Source: Psammoneis japonica | Lineage: Eukaryota | DNA: 64,000 nucleotides | Assembly (NCBI GenBank): GCA_008632985.1 | Contig: QPGO01000001.1 | Span: 1,024,404 to 1,088,403 of the forward strand | Reading direction: 5' to 3' | In this document: one piece after another, positions 13,531 to 26,852 of the stretch | Position numbering within the stretch: the stretch's first letter is position 1 | Layout: every line of letters starts with the position of its first letter | Notes under the pieces: model-generated | The model's database searches: none | Told to the model about the DNA's origin: nothing | Seen by the model: only the letters and a program-made list of their open reading frames with translations | Made by a program: the position numbers and the translations under genes

Positions 13531-14714
13531 AAGAGTTTGCTGTCTCTGTGGGGCAACCAGTGTGCTGTCTCCAGCACTGATGCCACTCACCACTTGGGTG
13601 GCAGGGCTCCACCCTCCATGGAATGCTGGCTGTGCAATTTTGCCTTGATTTGTCCTTGTGCCTTTTCTCACTGCCAATGTGCACCTGCAATGGATTGCAC
13701 AAGAAATGTGCTCTCTTTGTGTGATGCTTTGTTTGACATCATCTCAAAGCATCAAAACACTGCCATGGTTTCTTCCAATCATTGATGAGACAATGACATT
13801 GAATGCAAAGAATGATGTGGGGCTTTTGACCCACCAGGTGGTTGGCAGGTTAGATGCAGCAAAATCACCTGATTTTGGTGAATTAAGAACATGCACATCT
13901 GGGTTCCTTTGGTCAGTTTAGACTGCCACACATGTTGAGTGTCATCACCACATGTCTAAAAAGCTGTGTGTTTTCATGGCATGTGATGTCACAACTTGAA
14001 TTTGCATCCAATGCAATGCACAAAACAAGCAAACAACAAAAAAACTGCATCTCTCACCATGGGGCTTGTTTGTTTGCATGTCTGTGGCAACATTGTCCAT
14101 CAAGGTGAGAGCATCATCACACAACAATCAGACAGTGCTTGATTTGATGGTTGTGTTAAATTTGTTCTTGTTGATGCTTGCTGGCATGCTGCATTTAGAC
14201 ATGCAAACAAGCAAAGTGCCAGCTAACTTTTCTGTTGTTCTCATGACCGTGATGCACATGTGATGAGTCTGCAAGCACTGAGTTCATTTTCAATTTAGAT
14301 GGCTGCATGCACATCCAGTGAAAAAAGACATTTTGGTTTCCAAGTGAGGCAACAGTTTCATCAACAATGCACTGTCTGTAACTTTTAGCAAGGAGTGATG
14401 ACATGTCCTTGTTGACACACATCTGAGATGGCAACATCAGATCTGTTGTGTCAAGCTGGTCTGTTGCATCATTGCTCGTCACTTTAGAAGCCTTGTGCTT
14501 GTTGCTTTTTCAACCAACACTTCAGCTGAATTTTTTGTTCCTCTGTTGACTGCATGCCACAGCAAATGCAATGCACCCCATGCTTTGTCATGGGACAATG
14601 CGGGAAACCAAACTGTGCAATGGACTGGAGGAGCTCTGAGCCATTGGCAACCAGATCTGTGGCTGCTGGCAATGGTCTTTTCATGTGACAGATTTGTGAG
14701 TCAGCTGCCATCAT

Positions 14715-15305
14715 CATCCGTTGGCACTCAAGGTGGTGAGAGCCTTTTCGCTGCTTGTGAGGGCAGTGGTGGGAGTCTTTGTGTGGTTGGAGCCTGTGTG
14801 CCACTGCCAGCACCATCTTTGCATGGTTGGAGCCTGTTTGCTGCTGGCACTCAAGGTGGCGGAAGCCTTTTTGCTGCTTGCGCTGGCGGCAGTGGTGGCG
14901 GGAGTCTTTTTTTGCAGTTGGAGCCTGTTCACCACTGGCACTCAAGGAGGTGGGAACCTTTTTGCTGCTTGCGTGGACAGCGGCAGGAGTCTTTGTGTGG
15001 TTGGAGCTGCTCCAGGAGGTGGGAACCTTTTTGCTGCTTGCGTGGACAGCGGCAGGAGTCTTTGTGCGGTTGGAGCCTGTGTGCTGTGCCAGCACTGTCT
15101 TTGTGTGGTTGGAGCCTGTTCACTGCTGGCACTCAAGGTGGTGGGAGCCTTTTTGCCACTTGCACTGATGATGGTGTGAGTCTTTGTACAATTGGAGCCT
15201 GTGCACCGCTGGCACTTGAGGCGGTTGGAGCCTTTTTGCTGCTTGCACTGGTGATGGGAGTCTTCTTTGCACCACTTGCACTGGTGGCGGGGTTGGAGTC
15301 TTTGC
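14715..15305 (-). repeat. Degenerate coding-like tandem repeat (ASSKKAPT / SASGEQAPT units)
   Basis: Recurrent gtggttggagcctgt and ggagcctttttgctgcttgc motifs; minus-strand peptides TSASSKKAPT, HASSKKVPTS. Confidence 0.65.
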
Positions 15306-16160
15306 ACTTTAGATCATTGGCGTAGACTAAATTGAAGGTAATCTCTTCTCTCTTTATATTCTTTTCAATGATGTGGTGCAACAGTGTTTGGCCTTTCTAG
15401 AGTAGAGCATCGCGGCCGATTACAGTGTTCACCGCACTTGCACCGCAATCAGATCATCAGATTTCTCCAAGGATGCCTGGCGATGGACGGACAGTGCGAC
15501 CATTTTTTCCGAATTCCACAGTCCACAGTCTAAAGTCCACAGTCCATTGCATTGATTCACTCTCTTGCGGTGGTTGAGGTGAACATCTCTTAGCTCTTAG
15601 ACGCGACCGCATTTCATTCAGCGTTCAGCGTTACAACAAGAGCAGTTAGACTCTGGGGTGTAAGTCGAAAGGGAAAATTCAGCTGTCATTTTAATGCATC
15701 GCTCGACCCGCAATACACCATGACGTCCTTGCGCATGCGCCGTGTACCCAACGTCAAGGCCAATGACCATGACAATAATCTGTCGCTCCCCCAACATGCC
15801 TCAAAAAATGATGAACTTGATGGTGTCAAGAAGAAACGAACCAGACTACCGGTGGCATTCTTTTACTTGAGCGCCTCATGGACTCAAGTACAGAGCGACA
15901 CGGCTTTGGCGATTCATCTTGCTGATTCTAGTCCATCATGAAGACTTCCATATGCAAATGCGGTACGTAGATAGAAGTAACGACTTACGCATAATGCCCC
16001 CGACGACACGTGGGTGTCTTTTCTGGATTCCGATCGATGCTGACGTCTTTCGCTCTCCATAATGCCCGCTATCAGATTTCTACATGCTCAAAGAACTGTT
16101 CATATAGCAGCCTATACAAACGCCATCATCTAAAAGTCTGCACAGTATAAAATAGTCGTT

Positions 16161-17264
16161 TCACAGTTCAAAGGCATCGTGAATGGGAGTCGCGTGAGCC
16201 GTGGGTATATTCATCGAATGCCTCGTTGCGTCGTTCTGATCGGGCGTGCCAATTGCCACAGGTGCCACGGGTGCCGACGGCACTGCGTAGGTGGGGATGC
16301 CGGTATTATTCTCTTTCTTCTGTAGAGAGTCACGCCACGCCTCTCCCACAATCTCGGTCTTTAACCCGTCCAATTGCGCCTCCAAGAGTTTGTTCACTGC
16401 TTCAATTGTCATGGCACAAGCCGCGTAGCTGTTCCTGATGGGCAGAAGACTGTACTTGCTGTCACCAAACGCGAATTTTAGCCGCTTATCCCAACCGGTA
16501 TCATCCACATAGAGCTGCGTCTGGTAATCAAGCTTGGCTGTAGCAATACATTCGCGTGCAGCGATTCTAATGGTGGTTGCATCCGTCTTTTTGACCGCCG
16601 TATAACAGGGTTCGCCTTCCACTGTCGGGTGTTTCTCTGCATGTTCCAAAACGTAATCATGCAAGCTTTCCATACTCACGCAATACAAGACGAGTGACTT
16701 GGCATTTCGGGCGGCATTCAACTGTTGCTCATCGGCTTGCTCCGGTTTCCAAACCGGCACCCCATTGACAGCCAACACGACATCGCCTTTCCGCAGACGC
16801 GTGTTGTTAAGATCTGCAATGAAGATGTCACCCACCATAACCATGGTACGGTTGCAGCAACTATCAAAGGAGACGCCCGGATTGATGCGTGACGTCGGTG
16901 CGACTTCGACGTAACAAAACGGCGGCAGACGTTGGACATTGTGATCAAAGGTGGTGAATTCGACTTGGCGGTTGTCTTGAATCTCATGGACAATTTGGTT
17001 TGGTTGATGGACCGCTTTTCCGTTTACAGCCAAGATCTCTTGACCCACCTCCATGTTTGTGTTGGCAATAAGTGACCCGGGAGTCAATCCCGACACCAAC
17101 ACGACACCACACTGTGACTTCACATCTTCGCGGACTTTGATGCCCACTCGTTCGTAATGATAAGACTTGGTGACCCTCACGGTCCCAACTGAGGGCATCG
17201 GATATGGATTGCCAATGGGCCGAAGGTCGACGGCAACGACGGTCGGTGCTGCAGGAGAACTCAT
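16161..17264 (-). CDS. PDZ-domain protein (two PDZ-like modules), 367 aa
   Basis: VGIKV...VLVSGLTPGSLIANTNMEVGQEILAVNG and LRKGDVVLAVNG PDZ signatures; intact ORF, normal composition. Confidence 0.85.
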   Translation of the reverse strand: MSSPAAPTVVAVDLRPIGNPYPMPSVGTVRVTKSYHYERVGIKVREDVKSQCGVVLVSGLTPGSLIANTNMEVGQEILAVNGKAVHQPNQIVHEIQDNRQVEFTTFDHNVQRLPPFCYVEVAPTSRINPGVSFDSCCNRTMVMVGDIFIADLNNTRLRKGDVVLAVNGVPVWKPEQADEQQLNAARNAKSLVLYCVSMESLHDYVLEHAEKHPTVEGEPCYTAVKKTDATTIRIAARECIATAKLDYQTQLYVDDTGWDKRLKFAFGDSKYSLLPIRNSYAACAMTIEAVNKLLEAQLDGLKTEIVGEAWRDSLQKKENNTGIPTYAVPSAPVAPVAIGTPDQNDATRHSMNIPTAHATPIHDAFEL

Positions 17265-18218
17265 CTTGAAATGATGAAATCAAGTGATTGCGTTGCGAGT
17301 TGAGACATTTACTACACCATTTTTACTCCGAGTGTAAGGTTTTATACCGGTACATTTTACAGTACATGTATTTTACTGCTTGCTTGCTGCGCTGTCGCGG
17401 AATTTTGTGACGTTGCATGCCTGACGTCATCGCGGAGTACGGGGTGCGGTTTCCTACAGCATCTGCCGGCCGGCACTGTGATGCACTGTCTGTCTCATCG
17501 CTGCTACATCTGCAGTGTAACAAAACATCATGTGCGTCAAGCATGTTGTTTGATGTCAGAAGCATGCATGGGGGAAAGCACAACAATTTCTGCCACAATG
17601 TCGCTGCAGAAGTCGGCCGATTTAGACATGCAATTGCGCCCACCACTCAGAGGTCATGATCTCAGCACTCACTGCCAACAAACTCTCACATCATGAGCAC
17701 CTGGAAAAGCCATTTCCTCCAAGGAAATCTTGTTGCTGTGCAGCTCAGGTGGCCAATGGCCAATGGCAAGGGAAAAAAACAGCAGGCAACACAAACTTTT
17801 CAATGGGAACCTCAAATTTGCCCTCTGACTTGCCTGTCTCATCAGCCATCAAGTGAGACAACCACACACAGGAGCACTCTGAAAGGTTGTGTGCCGGCCA
17901 TGGCAAAGCTGTCACAGCATGATTTCTCAAAAAGCAGCCTCCAAAGGGAAACAAGCACTCAACAAACTTGTGACATGCAAAGCCCTCTTGAATGGCTTTG
18001 GATGTTCTGGCAATTTCATCATTGAACACATTGAAAAGAGGTTGTGGGTGCAATTTGCAGGTCGTTGGCCCATGTGCAGCTGCAGCATTTGCTGCTGCTG
18101 GAGTTGAAGGTGGTTGTCTTTTGATGCTCTGCAGAGCTCTCAACCAAAACAAAAATGGAGACATCAGCAGCAGGGCAGAGTGAAGCAAAGTTCTCAGCAT
18201 TTGTTCGGTTGCCAAGTG

Positions 18219-18476
18219 GCCTGTTCCAGCTCCAGGTGCTCCGCGCGGGTTCGATTCCCATCATTTGGAAATTTGTGCATTCAGCGCAATCAACTTTTTC
18301 CAAATCCGTTTTTTGCCAAATCGAAGGGTGAGTGCACACTTTACATGCATTTTCGGGTGTACACTCACCTTTCGATTTTCGAAACGATCAAAATTGAAGG
18401 AGTTAATTGCGCTAAACTGCGCAGAAAATCGGCCTCTCGCGTGATAAAAAGCAGAGCACCTGGAGCTGGAACAGGC
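18219..18476. mobile_element. MITE-like element, 258 bp
   Basis: Perfect terminal inverted repeat gcctgttccagctccaggtgctc / gagcacctggagctggaacaggc flanked by direct repeat CAAGTG (18213-18218, 18477-18482). Confidence 0.8.
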
Positions 18477-18658
18477 CAAGTGCTGTTGCAAGCCAGCCAG
18501 CCATGTGACAGAAACTGCAGCTTGGCTTTGGTGAGAGAGTTTTCTGCATTGGATCAATCATTTGGTGTTGGCACTGCATCCTGTGCTCTGGTTCATCAAC
18601 AGGATGCCAGACAGAAGAAAAATCAAACCATGAAGAGCATTCTCTTGCTTGTTCTTGG

Positions 18659-18934
18659 TGACAGAAATTGAAGGCAAATGGCAAGAATTCAAACAATGAC
18701 TCCTTGCTGCTGTCTAAACAGCAGATGAGTCTCCGCTCAGAGACCGTCACAGGAGCCGAAAGACGTGCAAGTCGGTGTGATCGGGCTGCTGTTGTCATCC
18801 TTGTGAGCCTTGTGGCTCGAAAGCAAACTACATCGCGCGTGAACGCGCGGAACTAAAGCACACAAAACTGTGCGCGGCAAACTAAACTGCGCGTGACACT
18901 TCGCGCGCACCCAAATCCTGTTCAAATCCTGTCA
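18659..18934 (-). repeat. 3' LTR of outer Copia
   Basis: tgacagaaattg...aaatcctgtca, adjacent to PPT. Confidence 0.95.
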
Positions 18935-20254
18935 CTCCCCAGTTTGCTTGAGGAGTCACAGAAACAGATTCAACTTCGGATGGAATGAAGTTCCAGAACA
19001 TGAGGGGGCGGAGAAGGTCCCAGATTTGGGAGCAACCCCAATGCTTGCTGAGAATGTCAGCAGGGTTGCGGGAGCCTTCGATGAAGTGGAACTCAAGGTG
19101 GCCAGAGGCAATTGCCTCACGCACACGGTGGAACGACAGTGCGGTGTGTCGCTTGTGCAACTTGGAGTGCGGGATGGTGGCACTGTCTACAACCGACTTG
19201 TTGTCACCGAACATGCAACTGACATTGCGGATTGGGACGCCAAGGTGGCGCAGGGTGATGCGCAGGTCGACAATCTGCTCAACACAAGTCCTTGCGGCAA
19301 CAAATTCAGACCCGCAGGTCGCAGTCTCCACGGTGGCTTGCTTCTTAGAGAACCAATCAGCCGGGAATTTGTTGAGGAAGTGGAGCATTCCCATGACAGA
19401 GCGTCCGGTGAGCATGCAATGGCACAAGTTTGCATCGACGTAGTGGGTGGCAGTGACGAACTTGCCAAGGGGCGGTGGAGCGTCCTTCGGGATCATCTCT
19501 TCTGCTTCGCCATGCACGGAATGCATCCATTCACAGGCCGGAGCAGGGAGATCCGAACAGTCGGGCTCTTCCGTGCGAACGTGGAGAGCACCGTGTCGCA
19601 TCTTGGAGAGGTGCCCACAGACGCGTTTGGCATGATCCAAGTGGCCTTGACGGGGCGCAGCTCGGAAGCCAGAGAGTGACATGACGGCCGTGGCAATGTC
19701 AATTCGACCAAGGGACACTGCCCATTGGAGTGAACCAACAAGAGACTGGAACTTGTGAATGCCATCGGGTCCCAGCAGTTCGGAAGTGTCCAGTTCGGGG
19801 TGGTCACCCTTCTCCAGAGGTGACAGGGCATTGGTGGTGGGTTTCTCCCCAAACAGTCGGGCGCAGCTGTCGACCATGTGCTCGATGTACTTGCGCGGAG
19901 ACAGGCACAAGGTTCCGTCAGGATCCCGGGAAAAGTCGCAACCCAGATGGAACTCAATGGGTCCCGCACCCTTGAGCTTGAACTTGTGCTTTTCCGTGAG
20001 AGTGTCGACGAAAGATTGAGGGTCCTTCATGGCAATGGCGAGGTCATCCACATAAACGGCAATGTGTTCACAGTGGTCGCCGTTCCTGCGCATCCAAATG
20101 TCGGGTTCGGCGCAGCAGGGGAAGAAGCCTTCAGCTCGCAGGCAGTCGGCGAAGCGCTCGTGCCAGCGGAGACCGGAGCTGCGCAGTCCATGCAGTGCCT
20201 TGTGGATGACAAGGATGTGTCCTTCGAGTTTGCCAAATTCGGGTCCGGCTGCAA
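18935..20254 (-). pseudogene. RT (3' part) and RNase H of outer Copia, Tyr-depleted
   Basis: HKALHGL, AVYVDD, YVDAN, SEFVA, FGDN, ADILSK; matches 20531-21850 at an offset of 1596. Confidence 0.9.
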
Positions 20255-20530
20255 TGACAGAAATTGAAGGCAGGTGGCAAGAATTCAAACAATGACTCCT
20301 TGCTGCTGTCTAAATGGCAGATGAGTCTCCGCTCAGAGACCGTTGCAGGAGCCGAAAGACGTGCAAGTCGGCATGGTCGGGCTGCTGTTGTCATTCTTGT
20401 GAGCCTTGTGGCTCGAAAGCAAACTACATCGCGCGTGAACGCGCGGAACTAAAGCACACAAAACTGTGCGCGGCAAACTAAACAGCGCGTGATGCTTCGC
20501 GCGCATCCAAATCCTGTTCAAATCCTGTCA
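20255..20530 (-). repeat. 3' LTR of inner Copia
   Basis: 276-bp copy of the same LTR, PPT adjacent. Confidence 0.95.
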
Positions 20531-23500
20531 CTCCCCAGTTTGCTTGAGGAGCCACAGAAACAGATTCGACTTCGGATGGAATGAAGTTCCAGAACATGAG
20601 GGGTCGGAGAAGGTCCCAGATTTGGGAGTGACCCCAATGCTTGCTGAGAATGTCAGCAGGGTTGCGGGAGCCTTCGATGAAGTGGAACTCAAGGTGACCA
20701 GAGGCAATTGCCTCACGCACACGGTGGAACGACAGTGCGGTGTGTCGCTTGTGTAACTTGGAGTGCGGGATGGTGGCACTGTCTACAACCGACTTGTTGT
20801 CACCGAACATGTAACTAACATTACGGATCGGGACGCCAAGGTGGCGCAGGGTGATGCGCAGGTCGATAATCTGCTCAACACAATTCCTTGCGGCAACAAA
20901 TTCAGATCCGTAGGTTGCAGTCTCCACGGTGGCTTGTTTCTTGGAGAACCAATCAGCCGGGAATTTGTTGAGGAAGTGGAGCATTCCCATGACATGGCGT
21001 CCGGTGAGCATGCAATGGTGCAAGTTTGCATCGACGTAGTGGGTGGCAGTGACGAACTTGCCAAGGGGCGGTGGAGCGTCCTTCGGGATCATCTCTTCTG
21101 CTTCACCACACACGGAATGCATCCATTCATAGGCCGGAGCAGGGAGATCCGAACAGTCGGGCTCTTCCATGCAAACGCGGAGAGCACCGTGTCGCATCTT
21201 GGAGAGGTGCCCACAGACGCGTTTGGCACGATCCAAGTGGCCTTGACGGGGTGCAGCTCGGAAGCTAGAGAGTGACATGACGGCCGTGGCAATGTCAATT
21301 CGACCAAGGGACACTGCCCATTGGAGTGAACCAACAAGAGACTGGAACTTGTGAATGCCATCGGGTCCCAGCAGTTCGGAAGTGTCCAGTTCGGGGTGGT
21401 CACCCTTCTCTAGAGGTGACAGGGCGTTGGTGGCAGGTTTCTCCCCAAACAGTCGGGCGCAGCTGTCGACCATGCGTTCGATGTACTTGCGCGGAGACAG
21501 GCACAAGGTTCCGTCGGGGTCCCGGGAAAAGTCGCAACCCAGATGGAACTCAATGGGTCCCGCACCCTTGAGCTTGAACTTGTGCTTTTCCGTGAGAGTG
21601 TCGACGAAAGATTGAGGGTCCTTCATGGCAATGGCGAGGTCATCCACATAAACGGCAATGCATTCACAGTGGTTGCCGTTCCTGCACATCCAAATGTCGG
21701 GTTCGGTGCGGCAGGGGAAGAAGCCTTCAGCTCGCAGGCAGTCGGCGAAGCGCTCGTGCCAGCGGAGACCGGAGCTGTGGAGTCCATACAGTGCCTTGTG
21801 GATGACAAGGATGTGTCCTTCGAGTCTGCCAAATTTGGGTCCAGCTACAATGTAAAGCTTCTCCTTGGTGGTGGCTTCAAGGTAGGCATTGCCAATGTCG
21901 GTGGCCCATGTCTCTAGCTCGTTGAGTTCGGCCAGGAAAATCATCAGCCGAAGGCCACGGAGGGAGACTACTCCGGAGTAGACACTGTCGATAGGTACGT
22001 CCGTGAGGTGCCCGTCGGCTACGAGTCGTGCCTTGTGGCGACCGTCGTGTTTCACGTCGTACACCAGGTGCACTCGGATCTTCTTGTGTCCCGCAGGAGG
22101 AGTGGAAGACTTGAAGGGCCCGCAGTCATGGAAGACTTCGTATTCGTCGAGTTGGTCCATCTCGAGATTAGTTGCGTCTCCCCACTTGCGGTTGCCGTTG
22201 CGTTCGTCTAGTGACATGGCGTGTTTGTAGTTCCGGGGAACTTCGTGTCCGTGCTTGCAGTGAGGTGCAGTGCAGAAGGAGCGAAGCTTGGCTTGGTTGG
22301 CCATGCGAAACAGCTTCTTTTGGCGCCTCGCGATGGTGCGGAACCGCTTCCAGCCATCCGTGTCGAGGAGTCCGTTCTCTCGTGCATAGATGGCACAGGT
22401 GACGGGGTCGTCCTTGGCGATGATGGCAAGAGGCTCGGACGTGATCTCCCCACTTTCCCATTCAAGCATGATGTTGTAGCTTGAGCCTTTCCAGGTTGGG
22501 TCGTGAGGCTTCAGAGGTCCTTCGTGTGACACGATGCGTCGAAATTTCCAAATGGTGGTGTCTTCGTCTTCTTGCTCAATGTGATTCATGATGTCATTGT
22601 GGGCAAGGACTTCCTCGTATTCGTCATTGTTGACAGAGCAGACGAACTTAGTGAGCTCGGGATTGCCGTTCACTTTCCATTCGTGGTCTTCGACGGCCTT
22701 GACGATGCGAGCTCTGTGGCGTTGTCCGTCCTCTTGTGGCTGCATGAGGAAGGTACGTCCAATGATGTCTTGCGGATCGAAAACTGGCATCTTGGGTGTC
22801 CTGATCTCCCCATCAGGAGAATCGACGGGGTTGTCGTCATGGCGAGATTTGATGATGGGTTCAGGTGGCTCCCCATCAGGAGGATCAAGACGCAGGTTTC
22901 GAACGGCAGGATCGGGGGTGGCGGAGCGAACGTTGGACCGGCAGAGGATCTTCTGAGTCTCGTCAGATAGAATCTTGAAGGTCATCTGGTGGCCGACGTG
23001 CTCAGCAATGCCAACGAAGCGTCCACGCAACTCACGGGATTCGGACGGCCAATCGGAGTCATCGAGGTGGAAGTGCACTGGTTCCCACCAGTGAAAGCGA
23101 AGCAATGGGCTGATGTCCGGGGTGGATCCAGTGAGAGTCTCGAGGGGCGTGCGCCAGTGGAGACGTGGGGACGCTGCATGGTTGAGCATGAAGCACACGT
23201 GCATGAGCGCCAGCAGCCATGTGTGGGCGGGCGAACCAAAACGGTCCATGACAGTGTTCGCCATGCGCTTCACAGTCTGGTGTCGACGCTCGGCAAAGTT
23301 TTGGTGTTGCTGGTGAGGCTCACTTTGCCAGCTGGAGATGAAGAGGGCACGTAGGATCCCGAGCACTTTGTTGCTGATCTCAACTTGAGCACGGTCGCCA
23401 ATGAGTTTGGATGGGGCACCACGTTCACGGATCTGATCCTCGAGTGTGTTGACAAACTCTTTGTCCGTCTAGTGCCGCAGACGTCAGTGACGTAGACTCG

Positions 23501-26500
23501 GTGCCAACAAACAGTTGGGCGCTGGTGCAACCAGAGTCAACGGCCGGGGTGTCGGCACAAACGGTGTCAGTGGCGACAGGCTCGTTGCGGCGGTGCACAT
23601 TAAGGGCGGGGTTGGGTGATTTGCAGGCCTTGCGAAGGTGTGTACCGGCGGGCATGCGGGCGCACTGCGTGGTGCAGTCAAAAGTACGACGGACCGCATC
23701 GGCAGGTAGGAAGCCAAAGCAAGGCCGAAGAGACTCGAAGGGGGGGTCCTTGGGCTGTACAGTGCGCTCCGGAGGTGGAACGTCATCGCCCTTGGGGTCA
23801 ATCGCATGCAGATGACACTCGTAGAACACGTCGTCGTTCGGAATGAGGTGATCATCGAGGGCGGACGCGTGATCGGCAGACAAGGAAGCGGACAAGATGG
23901 TCTCGTTGACAACGACACGGTGACGGTAGTTGCCGCATTCGTCAAATGGGTTGGCAGTGGGATCGTCCTGCAGGTCAGAGATCGCGTCGTACCACTGGTC
24001 GTCGTCAGTGACAGAGTGATCGAGGACGGAAGGGTCCCATGTGTCATCACCGGTGAGGATGACATGGGGCAGGGTGTCCCATTCGGCGTCAGTGCAAGGT
24101 CGCATGGCAACACAAGGCAGGCCAGCCTTGATGTCAATGGGGATGACATGGCCATCAGGAGTGGCAACACGTTGCAAGCCGTTGGGCACCTTGACAGAGC
24201 GATCGTTGACATCCTGTTTGTACCATTCGAGCTGGCCGCAGGAATGGATGGTCTTGCCCTTGCCCGTGTGTGCGCACTGATGGAGGATGGCGATGACGGG
24301 ACCACGCTGGGTCTCAATGACGGCACCAGCGGTGACAACAGGGATGTCCACCAATTGATGATCGTCAATGCCCTGAACGTTGACTTGGCGAGAGGTGCGT
24401 GCAATGACGCAAACGTCGTCGCCAGCAATGCCGCCGTTGGCCCCACGATCAACTAGAGCGCCAGTGCGTGTGGAGCGATGAGCAGAGGCAGAGCAAATGA
24501 CATTGTGGTTGTCAACGCGGCGGCAAGTGCGGCCGTTAAGTTCCATGTCATCTGCAGAAGCTGGCGGGGTAGAGGAAGCGGCGGATGGCCCTGGTCGACT
24601 GGCATTGGGGGCTTGGTTAGGAGACAACAGACGTTGCAGATCACCGGGTGGCAGTGGCTTGCGCTTGGTGAGGTGCGCCAGGATGGGATTGTCTGAAGTG
24701 GCGTCAACATGTGGAGCAGAGTCACCAGAGTCAGCAGGAGTCGTGTTGGACAAGTTGACATCACCGTCACTCCCAAGGCGTTGGTCGTGAAGGTTGGCCG
24801 TAACAGACTCATGGTAGTTGCTGGCTCGCGGGTTGCAGGGAGGCGGACGAGAATGCTCAAGGATGATCGCCTTGGAGGAATCGGGCAATGAATCCCAGAG
24901 CCGTTGGTGGTCGGGAGGGAGACGTCTCCATTGGACACCGGCGAGGCTGGGACCGCGGGTGCAGGCAGCATTGGCTTGAAGGACGTCAACGTCGCTGTCA
25001 ATGTCGTAGAACACATCGTCGGACAGTTCCTCGGAGTGGACGTCGTGTGCGTGTGTGGCGCGTCGGGGAGCTCGAGGTGTCGTCTTGGGTTGAAACGTGC
25101 TGTCGCACTGAGCTGCCGCGGAGAGGAGCAAGCCACAGCATTGATCGCATGTGAGGCTCTTGCCACTCTGCGTGCGATGCTGATCAGCTTGGTTCTTGAC
25201 AGCACGGAGTTCCTCGACAGGGTGCACGGCATTCTCGAGCATGACGCGCTTCTGTCCTTCAGAGAAGTGGTCACTGGCCGGGATGAGTGCCTTGTACTTG
25301 CGCAACTGATCTTGCCAATGAAGGATGAACCCGTGGGTCGGACCTTTCCAAGTGCCATCACCAAGACGTGCGGTGGTGAGGTGCGTGAGCAGGGTGGAGG
25401 ACTCGACAGATGCGCGGGTGGAGGCAAGCGCGTGCTCAGACAAGGAGCGGTAGACGGTCTGTGCGTCAGAAGACCCCACATTTTCGCGAATGAGAGCCTT
25501 GCCCTTGTCGGTGAGAAGGATGCGTTCGAAGACGGCGAACATGTACTTTTGCTGTTCAGCAAAGAGCAGTTTGTCTTCGGGGCTGGTCGGTTTGTACGAC
25601 GAGTCTAGAATGCACTCGACGTCTTGGGCACGGGCTTGTGCCACAAGTGAGGTGTGCCAAGTTTGCCACTGCTTGTCGGATTTGAGGGCCGTGAAAGCGG
25701 TGGGATCACGCTTGATGCCTCGCTTGAAGTCCCGCACCGGGTCGCGTGCCTTGGTCGGGTTGGTGACATGTGGAGGTGCAAGGGGTGAGCTGCCGATGGA
25801 CACAGAAGACATGTGGTCGGGGCTGAGGCGGCAGGCAAGGAACTCGTCATGCGTGAACAAGGAGGAGTCGTTGGCAACGTCAAGACCTTTGTGTGCTTTG
25901 ACAATGTACAGACTGACTAGTGCTGCTAACATGTTCTTATAACCACGGGGCAAAGGGATTGCATCAGTGCCGTTGTCGTACTCAAGCGAGTCGATTTGGG
26001 ACGGTATGAACGTGAATAGTTCCTGATGCGAGTCCGTGCCGTCTTGGGCCAAAGCCAAACGAAGAGGACTCCCAGCACCTTGGGCAAGCACGGTTCCAAC
26101 AACGTGCTCGAAACCATCGGTTTGTTGCTGACGAGTGAGAACCATGGTAGACAAAAGTGGTGTCAGGACAATCAATTCTGGTTGGGAAGCGAAGGTAGAC
26201 TCGAAACTTGGGTGAGAATAGACTTGACGTGAAACAGACTTGACTTGAAATCTTGAACTATCTTAAAATCAGAAGTCACCGGGCTTTGTTATCCCGTTCG
26301 TTGTCAAGTGCTAAACTTCCTATCCGGTCCGTAGAGTTGTGCCGGCACGTCCGAACCCGCAGCTGGTGGCGCTTTGGGTTGCTTACGAGCAGAGTAGCGG
26401 GTTGTAAACCCCTGCAGGTAAGCTGACTAGAGGTGGACAAGACCCCGAACCGTTCTTATTTTATATCGGTTGGATTTCCCGATCAGGCTGGCCAGTTGAC

Positions 26501-26852
26501 GTGGGCGTCAGGCGCTGTGAACGAACGAACAAACGCGGGAAAGCACCCTCGCCCCAACGTAGGCTGTAATCACGGCTACTTGCTCTCACAGTCGTCCTCG
26601 TGGACCTAGTAGAACTGTAGAGCACCAGCAGTCCGGGGTAGATCAGGTGCAATGGACTCGGTGTGCTTGTAGAGTGGCAGCAAAACCGCAGTCCGAAGAG
26701 TGGATAAAGGTTCTTGGCCGTGAAGACATGCATGCACACACACATGTCTTCAGCGACTAAGATCCTTGAATGTGTAGGGTTCTTGACCGTTAACCGAGGA
26801 ATGGGCACGTCAAGGGATGTTGATCAAGGACAGACTTGGATGTGACCGTTGA
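20255..26852 (-). mobile_element. Inner Copia copy (UTR-gag-pol-3' LTR; 5' LTR missing)
   Basis: ORFs 23425..26175 and 20478..23366 (split by two 1-bp deletions near 23470-23495); LTR 20255-20530 abuts the outer RT. Confidence 0.9.

Noticed and set aside
23460..23500. Programmed frameshift between the inner Copia ORFs
   Set aside because: It falls inside integrase and consists of two 1-bp losses (tt>t, gg>g) relative to the continuous outer copy; mutation or sequencing error.
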